This document shows, one piece after another, positions 7,335 through 11,843 of a stretch of 11,843 bases of DNA (position 1 is the first letter of the stretch; every line of letters begins with the position of its first letter). The stretch comes from Verrucomicrobiota bacterium (lineage in GTDB: Bacteria; Verrucomicrobiota; Verrucomicrobiia; Chthoniobacterales; UBA10450), in contig JBDTZF010000082.1 of the NCBI GenBank assembly GCA_040005265.1, positions 1 through 11,843 on the forward strand. Reading direction: 5' to 3'. The translations under genes were made by a program, and so were the position numbers. The notes under the pieces were generated by a model. That model saw nothing but the letters and a program-made list of their open reading frames with translations. It ran no database searches and was not told where the DNA came from.

Positions 7335-8747
7335 TCAGAGCTCGGAGTAATTTGAAAACTGCCGCAGGAGTGGCTCGGAACGCGCGGGGGCGAATCGGGG
7401 CGCGAGTAATCGCAACAGCAAATTGATCGGGGCGGACCGGTGCCGGACATACAAGTCCATCGGCACCAAATCCATTTTCATGTGCAGCTTGGGATCGTAA
7501 GTGAAGGGCGAACAGAAGTATGTCGTCAGCCCCTGCTCTGTCGCCCACTGAATCATGTCGCGTCTCGTTACAAAGTAGAGATGCAGATCGTGCGCGATTA
7601 AATAATCAAGACCGACGTCGTTGTCGTAGATCGCGTCGCCCTCCACCACGCAAAAGGTGAACGCGACGATCTCGCCATTTCGACGCCAGAGAAAAAATCG
7701 GGTGTGTTCCGACAGACGGCGGCCAATCAGGGCAAAGTATTCTTCCGTGAGCACATCGAATTGCACCGGGCTGCGCTTCGCCACTTGGAGGTAAAGTTCG
7801 TGAATGCGAGCCGAGTCCTGGGTGATGTCCGCGACGACTTCGAACTCAAGCCCGGCGGCCGCGGACTTTCGGAACTTTAAGCGCAGATCCCGGCGCATCT
7901 TCTGGCTCAGCTTGCGCTGCATGTAGTCTTCGAAACTTTTGTAATCGAGCGCCAGTTTCACCCAGGGAAAACTTTCCAGCCTGGTGTAGCCGTGTTCACG
8001 AAACAATTCCAGTGAACCACGATAGGGCGCACCCAAGTCTTTCAGCACGATCAATGAAACATCCGCGTGGCGCGCGTACCTCTCCACTGCTTCCATCAAC
8101 GCAGCTCGAGTGACATCCCTCTCTTCACCCTTTCGTCCGCCAAGGTGACTCTCGGCAATAGGACTTCCCGCCATCAGGATTTTCGTTTTTCCAAGGCTCG
8201 GGAAAATGGCTTTAATCAACCCGCGCAGCCACCTTAAGTAACTCGGAATCTCCTCAAGCAAATTCTGCTCGACGAGAAAAATTGGCTGCACGCATTTTAC
8301 TTCGTTCGCCTCATCTTCGAGCACCAGATATTGCATGTTGAACTGATGGCGCATCGTTTTGTCGACGACCTGATAGAAATCGAGCCCTTTCCATTGCCGC
8401 GGATAATTCTCGTCCCAGCAACTTCGCGAAATCGCGTCGGCACGTGAGTAAACGCGCAGTCGTCCGAATGAAGTGTCGAAGGTTACCTTCGGCTCGGACA
8501 GAAGATCGTCGCGATCATCAGGCCCCGATGGGAGAGCCGCCACTGCCTCCCGGCCGACGTGCAGCATCCGGTCGAGCGACAAAAGGATGCCCGAAGCAGA
8601 GGTCAGAAGTAAGAAGGGAGCTAGTGGGATGTGTGACATGGGACCTGACACTGACAGCGTATCAGCGAGCGATGCGGGCGGCGAGTACGTTTCAATCAAG
8701 AAACGACAGCCGCGGCCGCGTTCAGGCGCGAGAGGAAAACGAGTCAT
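7335..8747 (-). CDS. FemAB/CelD/BioF2-like GNAT-fold acyltransferase (Acetyltransf_6-like). The start is ambiguous: ATG at 8747 gives 470 aa and ATG at 8639 gives 434 aa.
   Basis: The C-terminal half matches the family pattern as I recall it: SFEDYMQRKLSQKMRRDLRLKFRK (the …sfeeYlaslskkrRrnlRra… segment), then …FFLWRRNGEIVAFTFCVVEGDAIYD… (the G-x-hydrophobic-A donor strand), then YLIAHDLHLYFVTRRDMIQWATEQGLTTYF (the …WATEQG…F segment). The first 36 codons are low-complexity (PLAPERGRGCRFL…). The second Met begins a hydrophobic stretch, MSHIPLAPFLLLTSASGILLSL. Neither candidate start has a strong SD. Confidence 0.6.
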   Translation of the reverse strand: MTRFPLAPERGRGCRFLIETYSPPASLADTLSVSGPMSHIPLAPFLLLTSASGILLSLDRMLHVGREAVAALPSGPDDRDDLLSEPKVTFDTSFGRLRVYSRADAISRSCWDENYPRQWKGLDFYQVVDKTMRHQFNMQYLVLEDEANEVKCVQPIFLVEQNLLEEIPSYLRWLRGLIKAIFPSLGKTKILMAGSPIAESHLGGRKGEERDVTRAALMEAVERYARHADVSLIVLKDLGAPYRGSLELFREHGYTRLESFPWVKLALDYKSFEDYMQRKLSQKMRRDLRLKFRKSAAAGLEFEVVADITQDSARIHELYLQVAKRSPVQFDVLTEEYFALIGRRLSEHTRFFLWRRNGEIVAFTFCVVEGDAIYDNDVGLDYLIAHDLHLYFVTRRDMIQWATEQGLTTYFCSPFTYDPKLHMKMDLVPMDLYVRHRSAPINLLLRLLAPRFAPARSEPLLRQFSNYSEL

Positions 8748-8847
8748 TCGCTGAGCCGCAATTTTCGTCGGTGAAACGGTAAGTTAACCGCTACGTGGCG
8801 CGGGAGTGGCTTCTGCTACCCCGTCCGCCTCTCACGGGGACGCTTTC

Positions 8848-11265
8848 ATGCCCACGGACGTTCACGCTTCTGCCCAGCTCAAAATTGCACAGGTCCTTGT
8901 TGTCCAGATCATCCCGGGTTCAGGCAAAAAGGTTTCCCTGGAGAACGTCGAGGAGCTGATCTCGGTTATCGAGAAAACCGATGCCTTCCGGGGAGCACGG
9001 ATCACCGGCAAGGCGAAGCGATTGACCATTCCCCAGGGTGCAGCCTTGATTTTCACCAGCACACCGGATGCGCCGGTGCGCTGCGCGATCCAAATCAGCA
9101 AGGCACTTCACAATCACCCCGGCCTTCGGGTCCGAATGGGAATTCATGATGGGCCTGTCGAAGATCTAACGGACACCAACGAATTCTCCACGCCTGAAGG
9201 GGCCGGTTTTGAACAGGCGCTGCGGATCACCGAGGTTGGTGATGCCGGGCACATACTGCTTACACGCGAAATGGCCGGTGGACTCGGGCTATATCGATAT
9301 TGGCAACCCTATCTTCAGCATTTTGGCGAATTCCAGTTGAAGGGGCAAATCGTTTCGGTCGTGAATCTTTTTACCGGCGAAGCCGGCCGTCAGGACGTTC
9401 CCGTGAAGCTTGCCAATCTGCCGGTGTCGGACATTCCCGCAGACGACCGGGTTCAAGGAAACGGGAAGCGGATCGCAATATTTGGCGCCGTGGTTTTGAT
9501 GATATCGATCGGCGCGTTTCTATTTACCCGGTTCCCAAACAGAACCCGGCTGGACGCCGACTCGGAAATCCAATCCAGCATTCCGGAAAAAAGCATCGCG
9601 GTGCTCCCGTTTGAGAACATTACGGGCAATGCCGAGACCGCCAGTTTCACGGATGGCGTGCATGACGAAATTCTCACTCAGTTGGCCAAACTTTCCGATC
9701 TTAAAGTCATTAGCCGCACCAGTGTTCTTCAGTACAAAGAAACTCGGACGCGCAGCCTTCGCGAGATCGGCCGGCAACTGCGAGTTGCTTATGTCATGGA
9801 AGGAAGTGTTCAACACGTGGACAATCGAATTCGGGTGACTGCGCAATTAATTGACGCCCGGAGTGACGCGCACATTTGGGCTCAAACCTACGACCGGGTA
9901 GCATCGGATATTTTTGTTATCCAGACGGAGATCGCCAAAACGATCACGGAACAATTGAAGGTGCAGCTTTCACCACAGGAACGCGCGGCGCTGGCGCAAA
10001 CAGCGACGACCGATCTGGTGGCCGACCGCTTATTTCGCGAGGGATTACGTCATCTCACGTCCGGCTCGAATCCGGATGCGAAGCAGTCGATACTCGCATC
10101 CATCCCTTTACTCGAGGAAGCGTTACAGCGGGATCCGAAGTTTTTGCGCGCCCTTTCGGTCCTGGTCACGGCGCACCTGGATTTGTACTGGCAGGGGTTC
10201 GATCATACGGAAGCGCGGGCGGAGGCAGCGCGACGCTTAGTTGAGCGCGCAGTCGCGACCGACCCGAATTCGGGCGAGACACATTTTTGCCAAGCACTTT
10301 ACTATTATAGGGTATTTCGGGATTACGATCGTGCACGCGCCGAATTGGAGCAGGCGCGCCGTACCATGCCGAACTCCGCATCGATCGCTGTGATTCTTGG
10401 AGCGATGGATCGCCGGCAAGGGCGATGGAACGAAGCGGTGCAGAATTTAAATCGGGCGATCGAACTCGATCCCCGGAATTTTCGCTTTCAACTCGAAGCC
10501 GGTTTTACCTATCAAGCCATGCACCGCTATGCGGAGGCGACTTCGCTCTACCATCGGGCGCTGGCCATTCAGCCACGCGATGCGTTTACGCGGACCCAGT
10601 TGGCGGCGATTCCATTCTATGAGACCGGCGATATCATGCCGTTGCGGAATGAGATTACCGATATTTTAAAGGACGATCCGACTGCGGCCACGGCAATTGC
10701 CGGCGCGATATATAATTGCGCCCTGGCGGCTCGCAACACAGCCGGAGCGACGCGGGCTTTGCAGGCGATCAGGGCAGATGGATTGCGGGACGACTATAAC
10801 AATTCACTGTGGTCGCGAGATTGGTTCGTCGGTCTGGCCGCGCGAACATTCGGTGATGAAAACACGGCCCGGAACTCTTTCGAAGCAGCGCGTGAAATCG
10901 AGACAAAAAACGTCCGGGAACAACCCGATTACGCTCCGGCTTGGAGCCGGCTCGGTCTGATCGAAGCAATGCTCGGCCACAAAGAGAGCGCGCTCAGCGC
11001 AAGTCGCAAAGCTTGCGAGCTGGTTCCGTTGACGGTTGATGCGTTCGACGGCGCTTCGTATCGGGTTCATCAAGCGCTGGTGTATCTATGGACAGGCGAT
11101 CGTGACGCGGCGCTGCATCAACTGGAAGAATTGGTGAAACTTCCCGGTGCGGTTACCTACGGAGAGTTGCGTCTCTATCCGCAATGGGATGCGTTGCGTG
11201 GCGATCCACGCTTTGATCGGATTGTCGCCGGACTAGCAAAGCCAGAAGGAAACTTTAAGAATTAA
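8848..11265 (+). CDS. Multidomain membrane protein: degenerate class-III cyclase homology domain (pseudo-cyclase), one TM helix, a TolB-N-like periplasmic domain and a TPR repeat array. The ORF-track start is a GTG at 8806; ATG 8848 is preferred.
   Basis: The GGGGA at 8835..8839 sits 7 nt before ATG 8848, whereas the GTG at 8806 overlaps its own GGGAG. See the three domain features below. The stop TAA is at 11263..11265. Confidence 0.88.
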   Translation: MPTDVHASAQLKIAQVLVVQIIPGSGKKVSLENVEELISVIEKTDAFRGARITGKAKRLTIPQGAALIFTSTPDAPVRCAIQISKALHNHPGLRVRMGIHDGPVEDLTDTNEFSTPEGAGFEQALRITEVGDAGHILLTREMAGGLGLYRYWQPYLQHFGEFQLKGQIVSVVNLFTGEAGRQDVPVKLANLPVSDIPADDRVQGNGKRIAIFGAVVLMISIGAFLFTRFPNRTRLDADSEIQSSIPEKSIAVLPFENITGNAETASFTDGVHDEILTQLAKLSDLKVISRTSVLQYKETRTRSLREIGRQLRVAYVMEGSVQHVDNRIRVTAQLIDARSDAHIWAQTYDRVASDIFVIQTEIAKTITEQLKVQLSPQERAALAQTATTDLVADRLFREGLRHLTSGSNPDAKQSILASIPLLEEALQRDPKFLRALSVLVTAHLDLYWQGFDHTEARAEAARRLVERAVATDPNSGETHFCQALYYYRVFRDYDRARAELEQARRTMPNSASIAVILGAMDRRQGRWNEAVQNLNRAIELDPRNFRFQLEAGFTYQAMHRYAEATSLYHRALAIQPRDAFTRTQLAAIPFYETGDIMPLRNEITDILKDDPTAATAIAGAIYNCALAARNTAGATRALQAIRADGLRDDYNNSLWSRDWFVGLAARTFGDENTARNSFEAAREIETKNVREQPDYAPAWSRLGLIEAMLGHKESALSASRKACELVPLTVDAFDGASYRVHQALVYLWTGDRDAALHQLEELVKLPGAVTYGELRLYPQWDALRGDPRFDRIVAGLAKPEGNFKN
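8878..9375 (+). other. Cytoplasmic cyclase-homology domain lacking its catalytic residues.
   Basis: Reference class-III cyclase segments are written from memory. AQVLVVQIIPGSG aligns to the VTVLFADIVGFT strand with Asp replaced by Gln. IPQGAALIFTS aligns to the IGDAVMAVFG strand with the second metal-binding Asp again replaced by Gln. GLRVRMGIHDGPV matches the hallmark LRiRIGIHtGPV. The following GvvG…GdtVN region is replaced by EDLTDTNEFSTPEGAGFEQA, losing the transition-state Asn and Arg. ITEVGDAGHILLTREMAGGL corresponds to LAkpGqIlvSeaty. Confidence 0.55.
9592..9960 (+). other. TolB-N-like, CsgG-like alpha/beta periplasmic domain preceded by a TM helix at 9469..9534.
   Basis: TM: RIAIFGAVVLMISIGAFLFTRF. 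Domain: SIAVLPFENITGNAETASFTDGVHDEILTQLAKLSDLKVISRTSVLQYKETRTRSLREIGRQLRVAYVMEGSVQHVDNRIRVTAQLIDARSDAHIWAQTYDR. This is the IAVLPFxN…RvtaQLIda…lWaesYdr module commonly found after a TM helix in Acidobacteria, Deltaproteobacteria and Rhizobiales kinases and cyclases. Confidence 0.6.
10003..11262 (+). other. TPR-like alpha-solenoid region of about 420 aa.
   Basis: Repeated ~34-aa helical hairpins with the W/L-G-Y-A-F-A-P spacing, for example EAVQNLNRAIELDPRNFRFQLEAGFTYQAMHRYAEATSLYHRALAIQPRDAFTRTQLAA and …APAWSRLGLIEAMLGHKESALSASRKACELVP…. Confidence 0.6.
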
Positions 11266-11843
11266 GAAAGAGCAGTCGTTGATGGCGCCGCGGTTTCCCA
11301 CTCGGCGTTCAGACCCGCGAGGTCGTCGGCGACGGAGGCTAGCTCGCGATTGATCGCGGTGGCTCGCCCGCCGGTGGCATAGGCGCCCGGATCTTCCAAA
11401 GCGGCAGCCAGCTCTTTTTGCTTTTCTTCCAACGCGCCGATTTTCTTCTCGAGGTCGTGCAAGCGCCTCTCTTTATCGCGTTTTGATTTTGCCGCCGCAT
11501 TGCGAGTCTCGGCTTCCAAACGTTTTTGCGCTTTCTGTTCTTTCAAGCCGGGGCCGGCTTTCTTTTTGATCTCAAGCTTCTGACCGTTGACCTCCGGCAC
11601 GTTGTGGCCACTCGAACCATTCGAACCTGCGGTTAGCGCGGTCTTTGCCGACACCGCTTTCGACTTCTCTAAATAATAATCGTAATCGCCGGGATAAGGC
11701 GTGAGCTGGCCGGCTGAGACGTGGAGAACGCTTGTGGCAATCGCGCGGATGAAATGAACGTCGTGACTAATAAAGATGAGCGTCCCGTGATATTGCTTGA
11801 GCGCGCCGATGAGCGCGTCGATCGAGCCGACATCGAGATGGGT
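11262..11843 (-). CDS. ABC-F family ATPase (Uup/EttA/YheS-like), C-terminal 193 codons only. The N-terminus lies beyond the window end.
   Basis: The minus-strand frame is open from the window edge: THLDVGSIDALIGALKQYHGTLIFISHDVHFIRAIATSVLHV, which is the Walker-B/D-loop/H-loop region of the second ABC domain (compare LDEPTNHLD…SHDR.F). It is followed by GQLTPYPGDYDYYLEK and a Lys/Glu-rich coiled-coil C-terminal domain (KKAGPGLKEQKAQKRLEAETRNAAAKSKRDKERRLHDLEKKIGALEEKQKELAAAL). The ORF-track start at 11654 is an internal GTG. Confidence 0.85.
   Translation of the reverse strand, partial: THLDVGSIDALIGALKQYHGTLIFISHDVHFIRAIATSVLHVSAGQLTPYPGDYDYYLEKSKAVSAKTALTAGSNGSSGHNVPEVNGQKLEIKKKAGPGLKEQKAQKRLEAETRNAAAKSKRDKERRLHDLEKKIGALEEKQKELAAALEDPGAYATGGRATAINRELASVADDLAGLNAEWETAAPSTTALS

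Noticed and set aside
5739-7548. Antisense or alternate-frame ORFs inside the flotillin gene and across its 3' end (5739..6239, 6435..6800, 6852..7169 and 7174..7548)
   Set aside because: These are shadow ORFs. 7174..7548 spans the terminator hairpin and the convergent acyltransferase 3' end. None has domain-like sequence.
8444-8782. Two overlapping plus-strand ORFs (8444..8782 and 8473..8754) in the acyltransferase N-terminal and promoter region
   Set aside because: They are antisense to the acyltransferase N-terminus, Arg/Ser-rich, and overlap each other in different frames. They were not accepted.
11654-11843. ORF-track start (GTG at 11654) for the last minus-strand gene
   Set aside because: The reading frame is open all the way to the window edge and encodes the conserved ABC signature, Walker-B and H-loop region (…LIFISHDVHF…). 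The gene is therefore 5'-truncated by the window, not 130 aa long.
1-11843. Search for CRISPR arrays, IS or transposon ends, integrase or attachment sites, tRNA or rRNA genes
   Set aside because: No short regularly spaced repeats, terminal inverted repeats flanking an ORF, cloverleaf-like tRNA sequences or rRNA-like conserved blocks were seen by eye. The only non-coding repeats are the 12-bp pair and the palindromes reported above.

Overview
The window is GC-rich bacterial chromosomal DNA. From the gene content I infer an Acidobacteriota-like soil organism, because TolB-like/TPR fusions, paralogous ~1000-aa Asp-box propeller proteins and HAF-repeat proteins are typical there; this is inference and not computed. 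It carries seven protein-coding genes in strictly alternating orientation (- + - + - + -), so each appears monocistronic and no multi-gene operon is visible. From left to right they are: (1) a 48-aa, two-helix hydrophobic mini-protein on the minus strand (12..158) that is absent from the supplied ORF track; (2) a secreted protein made of six tandem ~43-aa HAF-type repeats; (3) a 1030-aa secreted protein with at least 11 Asp-box (BNR) motifs, sortilin/xyloglucanase-like double propeller, plus an unassigned C-terminal extension; (4) a flotillin-like SPFH/band-7 membrane protein with a long Ala/Glu/Gln coiled coil; (5) a FemAB/CelD/BioF2-like GNAT-fold acyltransferase; (6) a multidomain membrane protein built from a catalytically degenerate class-III cyclase-homology domain, one TM helix, a TolB-N-like periplasmic domain and a TPR array; and (7) the C-terminal part of an ABC-F (Uup/EttA-like) ATPase that runs off the window edge. 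I found no rRNA, tRNA, CRISPR array or mobile element. Non-coding features are two perfect GC-rich hairpins acting as bidirectional terminators between convergent genes, a 660-bp divergent intergenic region holding an exact 12-bp direct repeat and a 17-bp perfect palindrome, and a 4-bp TTAA overlap of the stop codons of the last two convergent genes. I see no evidence of a novel multi-gene system. The most interesting individual items are the pseudo-cyclase/TolB-like/TPR fusion, the unannotated mini-protein, and the candidate operator motifs around the BNR and flotillin promoters.
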